64,000 nucleotides of DNA from Octopus vulgaris (Eukaryota), in NCBI GenBank assembly GCA_951406725.2, contig OX597821.1, positions 186,001 through 250,000 on the forward strand. The letters are read 5' to 3'. Of this stretch, positions 40,314 to 53,134 are shown in pieces; the first letter of the stretch is position 1, and each line of letters begins with the position of its first letter. The notes beneath the pieces are model-generated. The model was not told where the DNA came from. It made no database searches and saw nothing but the letters and a program-made list of their open reading frames with translations. A program made the translations under genes and the position numbers.

Positions 40314-40384
40314 ATAGGAGAAAGAAAGATCCCGAGACGGGAGGACAGAGGAAAAAAAATTGCAGGTAGTCTTCACGAGGTCAC

Positions 40385-40460
<76 letters not shown>

Positions 40461-40488
40461 AAGGGTGAAAAGGAACACACGAGTTGAT

Positions 40489-43046
40489 ATATATGAAAAA
40501 ACAAGTAAAAAATAGAAAATGCTAAAATAATTTTATAGTGAACATTTCAGTACCGGTTTCGGTCATTTTGAGACCTTTTCAACTGTAACGATTAAATAAT
40601 TAAATTTAGAAAAATTAGAAGAAAAGTTTTTTTAAAAGAATATTTCTATAGTAGTGTTCAGATTTAAGTGGCATTCTGCCTTTCTCTGACTCCCTTGTTT
40701 GCACTTGTGTGTTCGAGGTAGTTGTGAGTTCTTGGTAGGGTAGTAGAGGGAAGGCTGGTGAGGAAAGGGGGTGGGAGAATCTGGGAGTGCCCTGATGGTC
40801 GTATTTTGAATGGTCAGTGGCGGCTGGCAGTCTCAGTTCAATTCAGGATTGTTTATAGAATTAGCGTAGGTGTTATACTAAAAAACATTAGTGACAAACT
40901 TAAGGGGTAGGGGGTGGAGAAGAAGAAGAAGAAGAAGAAGAAGAAGAAGAAGGAGAAGGAGAAGATGATGGTGATGGTGGTGATGATTATGACGACGATG
41001 ATGATGATAACGATGATGATGAAGAAGAAGAAGAAGAAGAAGAAGAAGAAGGAGGAGAAGGAGAAGATGGTGGTGATGATGGTGGTGATGATGATGACGC
41101 CGATGATGATGATAACGATGATGATGAAGAAGAAGAAGAAGAAGAAGAAGAAGAAGAAGAAGAAGAAGAAGGAGGAGAAGGAGAAGATGGTGGTGATGAT
41201 GGTGGTGATGATGATGACGCCGATGATGATGATAACGATGATGATGAAGAAGAAGAAGAAGAAAAAAACAGAGAAGGGAGAATATGAATGGGTGTAAATA
41301 TAGCTATGAAGGGGCTGATTAGTAATGGATTCTATGGAGTGTAGTATTTGTGTGTGTATATATATTTTTTTCTTTTATTCGGAACTATCCACCTTCACTT
41401 ATTGACAAGTGCATTCAACGTGCCCTTCAACTTAACATCAAGGAACTGAGACATCCCAAATCAAAGAAAAACTTACAACCAAAAGCCTTACCATACATCT
41501 CCACACACAACCCTCTCAATAACGAAGCCTTCGACACCATCCTCCACAACATACCCCTCCTAAAAAAAGACCACAGAATGAACACAATCCTCCAAACACA
41601 CACGATCATAAAAAGCAAAAGACAGCCTAGATCCATGAAAAGTCTCCTTACACAAGCCCGAATTCACTCTTCAACACAGAAGCCGACAGTAAAAAAATGT
41701 GGAAGACCCAATTGCGGGATATGCGACTATCTAATCGAGGGTTCTGAGTTCTCCTTCAAACAGGGACAACGGTTTACAGTGAAAAGCAACTTCACATGTG
41801 CTTCGGAGAACCTAATATACTCACTAACCTGCTCCGGGTGTCAAGAGCAGTACATAGGCCAAACAAAAAATGGTTTGCGTAAACGAATGGCCCTGCACAG
41901 ATCCCAGATAAAAATTCCCCAAAACAGAAAAATAGCTTTTAGCCAACACATAGATACTTGCGCCAACAAAAAAACACCAAACTTCAGAATTTCCCCCTCT
42001 ACCAATTTAGGGACGATACAACCTCGAGACAAAGAATAAGTAAAGAAAATCTCTTTATTACAAAATACAAGCCACTTCTTAACGGGTCTACGACAAACAA
42101 TTAATATACCTCAACTTTAGAATAAAAGAAAAAAATATATATACACACACAAATACTACACTCCATAGAATCCATTACTAATCAGCCCCTTCATAGCTAT
42201 ATTTACACCCATTCATATTCTCCCTTCTCTGTTTTTTTTCTTCTTCTTCTTCATCATCATCGTTATCATCATCATCGGTGTCATCATCATCACCACCATC
42301 ATCACCACCATCTTCTCCTTCTCCTCCTTCTTCTTCTTCTTCTTCTTCTTCTTCTTCTTCTTCTTCTTCTTCTTCTTCTTCTTCTTCTTCTTCTTCTTCT
42401 TCATCATCATCATTATCATCATCATCGGCGTCATCATCATCACCACCATCATCACCACCATCTTCTCCTTCTCCTCCTTCTTCTTCTTCTTCTTCTTCTT
42501 CTTCTTCTTCTTCTTCATCATCATCGTTATCATCATCATCGTCGTCATAATCATCACCACCATCACCATCATCTTCTCCTTCTCCTTCTTCTTCTTCTTC
42601 TTCTTCTTCTTCTTCTTCTTCTCCACCCCCTACCCCTTAAGTTTGTCACTAATGTTTTTTAGTATAACACCTACGCTAATTCTATAAACAATCCTGAATT
42701 GAACTGAGACTGCCAGCCGCCACTGACCATTCAAAATACGACCATCAGGGCACTCCCAGATTCTCCCACCCCCTTTCCTCACCAGCCTTCCCTCTACTAC
42801 CCTACCAAGAACTCACAACTACCTCGAACACACAAGTGCAAACAAGGGAGTCAGAGAAAGGCAGAATGCCACTTAAATCTGAACACTACTATAGAAATAT
42901 TCTTTTAAAAAAACTTTTCTTCTAATTTTTCTAAATTTAATTATTTAATCGTTACAGTTGAAAAGGTCTCAAAATGACCGAAACCGGTACTGAAATGTTC
43001 ACTATAAAATTATTTTAGCATTTTCTATTTTTTACTTGTTTTTTCA

Positions 43047-43050
<4 letters not shown>
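40489..43050 (+). mobile_element. 5'-truncated Penelope-like element with an inverted terminal copy of about 900 bp
   Basis: Arms at 40489-41380 and 42120-43050 are reverse complements. The spacer encodes a GIY-YIG endonuclease region (CGRPNCGIC, NLIYSLTC, YIGQT). Confidence 0.9.
42952..42995 (+). ncRNA. Minimal hammerhead, U3-A8 core (mirror copy at 40545-40588 on the minus strand)
   Basis: CAG-TTGAAAA-GGTC(TCAAAAT)GACC-GAAA-CCGG-TA-CTG. Confidence 0.75.
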
Positions 43051-43114
<64 letters not shown>

Positions 43115-43252
43115 CAATCAATATATACATAAATACACATACGCATACATATAAATACATACAAGCATACGTATATATACGCATACATACATACATACAT
43201 ACATACATACATAAACTTATACATGCATATACTCATACTTACACGTACACAT

Positions 43253-43299
<47 letters not shown>

Positions 43300-43634
43300 A
43301 ATACACACATGCGTACATATATATACATATACACCTATACATACATACATACACATAGATACACGCACATAAGCACATACATATAAATATTTATATACAC
43401 ATATATATACATATACACATACATAAACATATACATATGCATACACATACACATAAATATATACTCGTGTACACACACACATACATTAATACGTACACAC
43501 ACATATACAAACATATGCACATATACACACATACATATACACACATATATACATACACACATATATATATACACACATATATATATATACATACACACAT
43601 ATATATATATATACACACACATATATACACATAC

Positions 43635-43665
<31 letters not shown>

Positions 43666-43922
43666 CATATACATACATATATATATATACACACACACAA
43701 ACATGCACACATATACACATACACACATATACACGCCTACACATACACATGTACATACACAAATGCACACACACATACCAATACATATATGCACTCGTAT
43801 ACATATATGTGCACATATACACATGCCCACATCCATATATATGTATATAGTCTTAGGAGAGAAGGTAATTGGGGGTGATGAAGGAACGGCGGGGGAGGGG
43901 AGTTTTTGTGGGTGGGGTGTCG

Positions 43923-45086
43923 TCAATCGGGTTGCCGGGTGGGTCTGTAATGTTTGTAGTTTGCATAAATTTTGTGCATACAGTTTGGAGAGTGTTCCGA
44001 GATCTTGTTGAGGAGAGGGCCTTTGGCGAACAAGATCTCCAGGCTCTCAGAAATGCAAAGGTCACAGCAGGTATGGCCTCCTGTGTACGAACGCGCCCTC
44101 TGTAGTAGTCTCCACTTGATCTTGAAGGGGATGGAGTTCCTTTTTAGGTGCCAGATATGGGCGGCGAGAGTAGTCTGGTTAGATTTGTCAGGTCGCCGGA
44201 ACGAATGTGTGTGGGCGTACCAGCGAGTCTTAAAACTATTTGACGTCATTCCAATGTACGATTTTCTTTTATCATCGGGGCCTGATCGTACATCGCATAT
44301 GTAGACGAGATCCTTCTGTAGGCAGTTGTTGTTGAGGGGGCAAGTAGTCTTATCAGGGCAGTTGCAATTGCTGTCGGATGCTGGATGGGCTTCGGAAAAA
44401 GTAAATTTATTAAGTTTTTTGACGTTATTGTTGGCTTGGTTCCTGGCTAGATTGGGTGTGGTGGAGTAGGAGAGTCTAATGGTGTTCTTATTAAGGATTA
44501 TATAGTACTTAGGTTGTGTGGGGAAATGTTTTTGTAGGAGAGTGAAGAAAATTTTAGCTACAGGTGTTGAGACTTCACGGTTGAAGGGGGGGGGGTTGTA
44601 CCAGCTAATATGTCTTCGCCTATTTTTCCTGGGTTGGCGTGGGGCTATGCTAATGTAGGTGATTTTATCTTTAAAGCCACTGCGGGCCAGGGCCTCGTTG
44701 TAATAGGGGGCTGCGGCATTAAAGATATCTTCGGTGGAAGAAAGGCTAGATATCCTAATGGAGACACTTTTCACTAGGTTGTCTAATATATTTTTGGGGT
44801 GGTTAGAATTAATGTCTATGTATCTAAGGGATTCATTTGGTTTATGGTACGGGTAATAAAGGGAGGTTTTTAAATCGAGGGTAACGTCAAGGAAGTTAGC
44901 TTTTAAGTTCGAATCTAAGGTAATCCTAAGGCCTAAGTTTTTAAAAAAAGTGTGGAGGTTTTTCCAGAACCCATCTGTGGTCCTGGGGTTTATTTTGTGG
45001 AGAGCAAAAAGGCCATCATCGGGGTAGAGACCACCGGAGAGGCCTGTGAATAGGGTCTTCAACCTATAGAGGATGAAAAGGCCCAC
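43923..45086 (-). pseudogene. Penelope-like RT C-terminal half plus GIY-YIG endonuclease (5'-truncated)
   Basis: Motifs LYPDDG, NFLDVTLDL, YHKP, SNHP, CNC..CPL..C, LVYIC..YIGMT. Confidence 0.9.
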
Positions 45087-45409
45087 AAGGTCACTTATTT
45101 CAGCCGGATATTCGCATGTGTATGTATGTGCGTTTGCATGTATATTTACTTTATATGTTTTTTCATTTATCTACTTCTTCCCTCAACTTAATAACAACAA
45201 CAACAAACTGACTAAAAGCAATAGTCTTCTAATTTACCTAAAACTCTATTCAATTATTCTATTTATTCATTTATTTACTTTATCACTGATTCTTTTGACC
45301 ACTCCCCTAAGAACGACAGTTTGTGCCCTGCATACCCCAAAAACGTCCCCCACCACCACCCCATTAAATCTGCCTAAATGTATACATACCAGACCTTATT
45401 TTGACAGCC

Positions 45410-45460
45410 AGCTTCCTGATGATTTCATTTGAATGAAACAGTACTAGTCCTGTAGAAGCT
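45410..45460 (+). ncRNA. Type I hammerhead ribozyme in the inverted terminus of the Penelope-like element
   Basis: AGCTTC-CTGATGA-TTTCATTTGAAT-GAAA-CAG(TACTAGTC)CTG-TA-GAAGCT, with predicted cleavage after GUA at 45454. Confidence 0.82.
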
Positions 45461-45476
45461 CCTTCTATAAAATAAA

Positions 45477-46155
<679 letters not shown>

Positions 46156-49100
46156 CATCATCATCATCATCATCATCGTCGTTTAGCGTCCGTTTTCCAT
46201 GCTAGCATGGGTTGGACGGTTCTACTGGGGTCTGTGAAGCCAGAAGGCTTCATCAGGCCCAGTCAAATCTGGCAGTGTTTCTACGGCTGGATGCCTTTCC
46301 TAACGCCAACCACTCCGTGAGTGTAGTGGGTGCTTTTTACGTGCCACCCGCACTGGTGCCAGACAGAGCTGGCAAACGGCCACGAACGGATGGTGCTTTT
46401 TTATGTGCCAGGCGAGGCTGGCAATGGACACGAAACGGGGCGGTGCTGGCAACGGTCGCGAAACGGAAAGTTCTCTTACATGCCACCGGCACTGGTAACA
46501 CATCTGCAATTTCCATTGATCGATTTCCATTGATCGATTTCGGTTCTGATCCTCACTTGCCTCAACGGGTCTTCACAAGTAGAGTTTCGACATGCCACAG
46601 GCACTGGTAACACATCCGCAAATTCCATTGATCGATTTCGATTCTGATCCTCACTTGCCTCAACACGTCTTCACAAGTAGAGTTTTGTGTCCCAAGAAGG
46701 GAAGGTATGCATACGTAGGCTGGCTCCATCCCATGTAGAAGGCCAAGGGTTATGGACTCACTTGTCCTGCCGGGTCTTCTCGCGCACAGCACACTTCCAG
46801 AGGTCTCGGTCTCTAGTCATTTCCTCAGTGAGACCTAAAGTTCGAAGGTCGTGCTTCACCACCTCGTCCCAGGTTTTCCTGGGTCTGCCTCTTCCACAGG
46901 TTCCCTCAACCGCTAGGGTGTGGCACTTTTTCACACAACTATCTTCATCCATTCTCGCCACATGACCATACCAGCGCAAACGTCTCTCTTGCACACCACA
47001 ACTGATGCTCCTTAGGTCCAGCTTTTCTCTCAAGGTACTTACACTCTGCCGAGTGTGAGTACCGGCATTACACATCCATCGGAGCATACTGGCTTCATTT
47101 CTAGCGAGCTTACGCATATCCTCAGCAGTCATGGCCCATGTTTCACTGCCATGTAGCATGGCTGTTCGTACACACGCATCATACAGTCTGCCTTTCACTC
47201 TGTGCAAGAGGCCTTTTGCCACCAGCAGAGGTAAGAGCTCTCTGAACTTTGCCCAAGCTATTCTTACTCTAGCAGTTACACTTTCAGCACACCCACCCCC
47301 GCTGCTGACTTGGTCACCTAGGTAACGGAAACTATCAACTATTTCTAGTTTTTCTCCCTGGAAAGTGACGGAAGTTGGTCTCAGAGCATTTTCAGTGTTT
47401 ATTGTTCCTGAGCATCTGCCACATACAAAAACCATCTTCCTAGTTAGCCTTCCTTTGACATTGCTGCACCTCTTATGTGTCCATAGCTTACACTTGGTGC
47501 ATCTTATAGAGTTTCTACCTACACCTTTTCTACAGATCGAGCAGGGCCATCTACCTGAAGGTGTTTGTGATTTGTCTACCTTCCTACTGATTACGACTTT
47601 GGTTTTAGCTAGATTGACTCTGAGGCCCTTCGATTCTAATCCTTGTTTCCACACCTGAAACTTCTCCTCCAGTTCTGATAGCGACTCAGCAATTAGAGCA
47701 AGGTCATCAGCATAGAGGAGCTCCCAAGGGCATCCTGTCTTGAATTCCTCCGTTATTGCCTGGAGGACTATGATAAATAGGAGGGGGCTGAGTACTGAGC
47801 CTTGGTGGACCCCTACCTCTACCCGGAATTCTTCACTGTACTCATTTCCAACCCTCACCCTACTAGCAGCGTCCCTATACATGGCCCGCACAGCTCTCAC
47901 TAACCATTCATCTATCCCTAGTTTCCTCATTGACCACCAGATAAGGGATCGGGGGACCCTGTCGAAGGCTTTCTCCATGTCAACAAAAGCCAGGTACAGG
48001 GGCTTATCTTTGGCTAGGTATTTCTCCTGCAGCTGCCTTACCAGGAATATAGCATCAGTAGTACTTTTCCCTGGCACAAACCCAAACTGCATCTCATCTA
48101 AACTAACTCTCTCTCTAATTAGTTGGGCTATGACCCTCTCCGTAACCTTCATTACCTGATCCAACAGCTTGATACCTCTGTAGTTATTTGTATCTAGGGC
48201 ATCACCTTTACCTTTGTAGCAGTTGACTATTATGCTGCTACACCAGTCATTGGGTATGACTCCTTCGTGTATCACCTGGTTGACTATACGGGTGACTAGG
48301 TTATAGCCGACACTACCAGACATTTTGAGCATCTCTGCAGTGATTCCTGATGGGCCTGGGGCTTTCCCTGTCTTCATGCTTCTAATTGCCTTAGCTACCA
48401 CGGAACTATCAACTCGGATAGCTGGTCCCTCTGTTGGGTCAACATTCAGCAGACTCTCTTTATCCCATTCATTTTCTTCATTCAGCAACCTTTCATAGTG
48501 GCATCTCCAAACCTCTCTCTTTGCATCCTCATTTAGCGCAAGTGAACCATCTTCCTTGCGAACACACTTCTCTCCTACCACATCACGATTCTCTCTCACA
48601 CACTGTCTTGCAACGCGAAACACCTCCAGTCTTTGGTCCTCACGGCGCAGAACATTGGCAAATTTTTTCTTATCTGCTTCCCCTCTGGCTAAATAAACCT
48701 GTCTCCTAGCTTCTCTTTTGGCAGTCTGATACAATTCCCTGCTACCCCCATTTTTCCAGACCTTCCAAGCCTGTCTCTTTTCTCTAATAGCCCTGTTTAC
48801 AATATTGTTCCACCACCACGTTATTCTAGGTCGAGAGGGGACTTTGCACCAGCCACAGATCTGGTCAGTGGCTCTCAGCAGGTTGTCCCTTAGAAACGTC
48901 CAGCTGTCTTCTACCCCCTGTGATGCTCTATCCCCTTCTACTTCGTCAGAGGCTTCAAGTAATATGTCCCTAAATCTCTGTCCATTTGCAGGATCTTTAA
49001 GCTTCCAGATCCTTCTTCTCCATATTTGTCGTCTTCTGGTTGTCCTCCTAGTCCTGATCCTAAAGTCACTAACTACCAGTCTATGTTGTGGGGTACATTC

Positions 49101-49185
49101 TTCACCTGGGAAGGTTTTGGCATTTATAAGCAGCCATCTCTCCCTTTGCCTTGCAAGGATGTAGTCAATTAGTCAATGTAGTCAT
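46156..49185 (-). mobile_element. RTE-clade LINE, 5'-truncated, with a (GAT)n tail
   Basis: An ORF with the end of the APE domain and the RT, a 3' UTR of about 600 bp and a trinucleotide tail at 46156-46176. Confidence 0.92.
46758..49169 (-). CDS. RTE ORF remnant, open for about 804 codons without a start (EN end, RT, PHD-like finger, C-terminus)
   Basis: The frame is open upstream of the listed ORF as far as IDYIL...QHRLV. Motifs KAPG, YRGIKLL, AFDRV, HQGSVLSP, YADD, RGRPRKTW. Confidence 0.85.
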   Translation of the reverse strand: MDYILARQRERWLLINAKTFPGEECTPQHRLVVSDFRIRTRRTTRRRQIWRRRIWKLKDPANGQRFRDILLEASDEVEGDRASQGVEDSWTFLRDNLLRATDQICGWCKVPSRPRITWWWNNIVNRAIREKRQAWKVWKNGGSRELYQTAKREARRQVYLARGEADKKKFANVLRREDQRLEVFRVARQCVRENRDVVGEKCVRKEDGSLALNEDAKREVWRCHYERLLNEENEWDKESLLNVDPTEGPAIRVDSSVVAKAIRSMKTGKAPGPSGITAEMLKMSGSVGYNLVTRIVNQVIHEGVIPNDWCSSIIVNCYKGKGDALDTNNYRGIKLLDQVMKVTERVIAQLIRERVSLDEMQFGFVPGKSTTDAIFLVRQLQEKYLAKDKPLYLAFVDMEKAFDRVPRSLIWWSMRKLGIDEWLVRAVRAMYRDAASRVRVGNEYSEEFRVEVGVHQGSVLSPLLFIIVLQAITEEFKTGCPWELLYADDLALIAESLSELEEKFQVWKQGLESKGLRVNLAKTKVVISRKVDKSQTPSGRWPCSICRKGVGRNSIRCTKCKLWTHKRCSNVKGRLTRKMVFVCGRCSGTINTENALRPTSVTFQGEKLEIVDSFRYLGDQVSSGGGCAESVTARVRIAWAKFRELLPLLVAKGLLHRVKGRLYDACVRTAMLHGSETWAMTAEDMRKLARNEASMLRWMCNAGTHTRQSVSTLREKLDLRSISCGVQERRLRWYGHVARMDEDSCVKKCHTLAVEGTCGRGRPRKTWDEVVKHDLRTLGLTEEMTRDRDLWKCAVREKTRQDK

Positions 49186-49732
49186 ACATATATATAAATA
49201 CATACATATATACAACCTTCTGTTACCTTATATTTGTTTCAGTCATTGGACTGTGGCCATGCTGGGGTATTGCCATTGCAAGCATAATTAAAGGGATAGA
49301 AATTACTCACTACTAAAAACACAGTATGAATGATTTATTTCAGCAAGTTGAAAACCATTGTAAATAAAACTTTTTGATAGACTCATGAAGAAACTGAGTT
49401 TTCAGTTCATAATGAGTCCAGCTTTCTTAATAAAATTATGTTTTGCTTTAACAATAATAATTTCTTTGTAAGGCAGAAGAAGACTATTGTGTGTAGACAG
49501 AAAAGAGAAGGAAGTCTTGCGAAATTGACACTCTTAGAGTATATTGCTTGTACTTTTCATCCTCTGATCCATGTGAGATGAAATGAAGGCGGAGCTTCAA
49601 TGAGAATAACAATAACATAGTGTAGTTATCATTTCAAGCCTTCTAGATAGAAAGGTAAGAATATATTGAGAATATATGTAGACATATGTACAGTCAGATA
49701 TACATATATCTGTATATGCATACATGTATGTG

Positions 49733-49774
<42 letters not shown>

Positions 49775-49794
49775 ATGTATACATGTATATATAC

Positions 49795-50050
49795 ATTTTG
49801 AGCAAGACATTTTATTTCATGTTGCTGCAGTTCACTCATCTATAGAAATAAATTGTGACATCACTGGTGCCAAGCTGTATCAGCCCCTTTGCCTTTCCCT
49901 TGGACAACATCAGTAGCGTGGAGAGGGGAGGCCGGTATGCATGGGTGATTGCTGGTCTTCCATAAACAACCTTGCGCAGACTTGTGGCTTGGAGGTGAAC
50001 TTTCTAGGTGCAATCCCGTCATCATTCATGTCCGAAAGGGGTCTTTACCC
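49795..50050 (+). mobile_element. SINE family B, 5'-truncated
   Basis: Matches 38335-38580. Confidence 0.8.
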
Positions 50051-50115
50051 TTTTATATATACACATACCTACTTGTAAATATACACACATACATGCATGT
50101 AAATATATACACGTG

Positions 50116-50153
<38 letters not shown>

Positions 50154-50352
50154 TTGTAAAATATATTAAAATATATTTTATATTGTGCATACATTATCTG
50201 CCATAGAACTCAATATGTTCGTTGGAGTGAATAGTTACGCTTATTATGTCAAACGTTGACCACCTAGTCTGAGTTTGCACCCCAGGGCTGGGCTGTTCAC
50301 AATGGTTTGAAGTTAATATTAAAACTGGGTTGATATTAAATAGGTCTCTGTT

Positions 50353-50396
<44 letters not shown>

Positions 50397-50650
50397 AAAT
50401 TAGAAAATGGAGAAACATACTTAAATCAATCAAACATCAACCAACAGATGATACCCAATCATGTTTCTCCATTTTCTAATTTTGTAGAATTAATTTACGG
50501 TAATATTTTTACCTTTGCCCATGTAATACAGTAGATGGACTAATTGCTTGGCAATTTTTAACATTTATGTATTAGTCTTGTTGGGTACCTCTCTAGCAGT
50601 ATATTGGATATATGTTATCCCATGGTGGGTTGAATTTTCAACCCCTATCT

Positions 50651-50761
<111 letters not shown>

Positions 50762-51198
50762 TAAGATGTACTGTTCTGTTATTGTAAGATCAAAAATAAG
50801 TACTCCATCTGGTGAGAGATAAATGTTACTTAATAGGCACAATACATATTTTTATGTGTTACTAATATTTCATTATATGTGGTTTGTGTCTGATGAATAT
50901 GTTTGAAACATTTCTCAACATATGAAACTATTAGCACATAAAAACATGTATTTTGCCTATTAAATTGTATACTGGCAATGTACACAGACACCGCCTTGCC
51001 TTGGATCACCAACTTCTTGTTGAAGTAGTAGCAGCATGTCAGACAAATGAAACTCATCCTTTTCAATGTCTGATCATTTCTAAAAGAAAGGAAGATAGAC
51101 AAACAAAGACAGTAAGAGAAAGGGAAGAATTGATCCCTTCCTGTACTGGATAAATACTGCTATCTATCCACTCTGAAAGGATGAAAAGTAAAGTTGGT

Positions 51199-51455
51199 TC
51201 AGTTCTATATTTAAGAGATGAGGAATTATGTACATTATTTACATTCGACAGATATTTCTCCTCATCTTGTTTGTTGTTAACACAACATTTCGGCTGATAT
51301 ACCCTCCAGCCTTCTTCAGGTGTCTTGGGGAAATTTCGAACTGAATGAGAACCCAGGTTCGAAATTTCCCCAAGACACCTGATGAAGGCTTGAGGGTATA
51401 TCAGCCGAAATGTGGTAACAACAAACAAGATGATAAATATCCGTCGAATGTAAAT
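51199..51455. mobile_element. Palindromic hammerhead-bearing insertion with a 14-bp TSD, inside a SINE C remnant
   Basis: TSD AAAGTAAAGTTGGT at 51185-51198 and 51456-51469. Inverted arms at about 51235-51341 and 51357-51457, each with CTGA(T/A)GA...GAAA. Confidence 0.78.
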
Positions 51456-51569
51456 AAAGTAAAGTTGGTGTTGCTTGGATTTGAACTCAGTGTGCAGAAT
51501 GATTGCTGCAAAGCAATCCATCTAGTGCTCTACTGACTCTGCCACTTGAACACATACACACATATATAT

Positions 51570-52245
51570 ATAGTTTGTTTCCCAACTACATGCTTCCAGG
51601 TTCAGTCCCACTGTAACTTGGATGTATTCTACTATAGCTGACCAAAACCTAATGAATGAATTTGGTAGGTAGAAACTGAAAGAAGCCTGTTACTCGTGTG
51701 TGTGTTTTGTTGTTTTGATATCATGTGATGATTGTAACTGAGTGTCACAGTCACTTGTTTCTATTGTTCTGTAGAAATATGTCTGGTTATGAGGAAATAT
51801 AAGCTTGCTTGGTAATTGATGATGGTTGGTGATAGGAAAGGCATCCAGCTGTAGAAAATCTACCTCAAACTTTGGCTGACCCGTGTAAGCATGGAATAGT
51901 TGGTGTTAAAACATTGATGGTGATATGCTCATACACATACATGTGTGTGTGTGTGAATGTGCATGTAAACTATGTGTATATATGAGAATTGGGCCTCACA
52001 GAGGTAGTGACATGGGACTGAGACCTTTGGTGATATACAGTGCTTGTGCAGACCTGTCAAACCAGGTGAAATCATAGTTGTGGCTGATGCTGGTGTCACG
52101 TCAATGGCACCCATGCCAGTGGCACGTAAAAAAGCACCCACTACACTCTTGGAGTGGTTGGTGTTAGGAAGGGTGTCCAGCTGTAGGAATCTTGCCAAAT
52201 CAGATTGGAACTTGGTGCAGCTCCCTGGCTTATCAGTTTTCAGTC
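51570..52245 (+). mobile_element. SINE A-type head followed by RTE-like 3' UTR fragments
   Basis: GGCATCCAGCTGTAGAAA and GTGGCACGTAAAAAAGCACCCACTACACTC motifs are shared with the RTE 3' UTR. Confidence 0.6.
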
Positions 52246-52345
52246 NNNNNNNNNNNNNNNNNNNNNNNNNNNNNNNNNNNNNNNNNNNNNNNNNNNNNNN
52301 NNNNNNNNNNNNNNNNNNNNNNNNNNNNNNNNNNNNNNNNNNNNN
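52246..52345. other. Assembly gap (100 N)
   Basis: Run of N. Confidence 1.
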
Positions 52346-53078
52346 ATTACATCATATATATATATATTATATATATATGTATTCATGTATGCATATTTGC
52401 ATGTATGTCTATATATTTATAAAATGTGAAGTCAGCTTTGATATGCTTTGCCTACATTATATATACATGTGCCTATGTGTGTATCTATGTATGTATGAAG
52501 TGAAAATGTTTGCATTGTTTCTATGTCAGCCTTTGGAACAGTTCTAGTTCTCTGTTCGTTAATTCCTTTTAATTGTTCCAACAGAATTTATTTCATTCAG
52601 AAATCTCAGAACTTATTTTTCTTTTCTAAAGAATACTGTATTTACCATCTTTTCTTCAAATATGGCATTGTGCAAGAGTGTGCATACGTGTTTTCCATGT
52701 GTTTGTGTGTCTATGTGCATTTTATACATTAACATGTGCGTGCATTTGCATGTGTGTGCATGTGTATAAATTTTGCCTTTGTTATATTTTTCACATTAAA
52801 AAAATCATTAGGAAATAATTTAAATTGTGTGCAATAAAAACCATTCATACTGGCAAATGTGTTATGTACACACACATACTTACATACACACACACACACA
52901 TGTGCATATACATGTACATATAGACACATTTATATATACATAGTGATGCATATATTCAAGTATTTATATATACACCCACATATGAATGTGTGTATATATA
53001 TATATATATCTATATACATGGATGTATTCTTACATACGCGCACTTACTCAGACTTATGCACACATATATATATACATA

Positions 53079-53134
<56 letters not shown>

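Noticed and set aside
40914-42626. Poly-K/M and poly-S ORFs
   Set aside because: They are translations of GAA/GAT trinucleotide arrays in the Penelope inverted arms.
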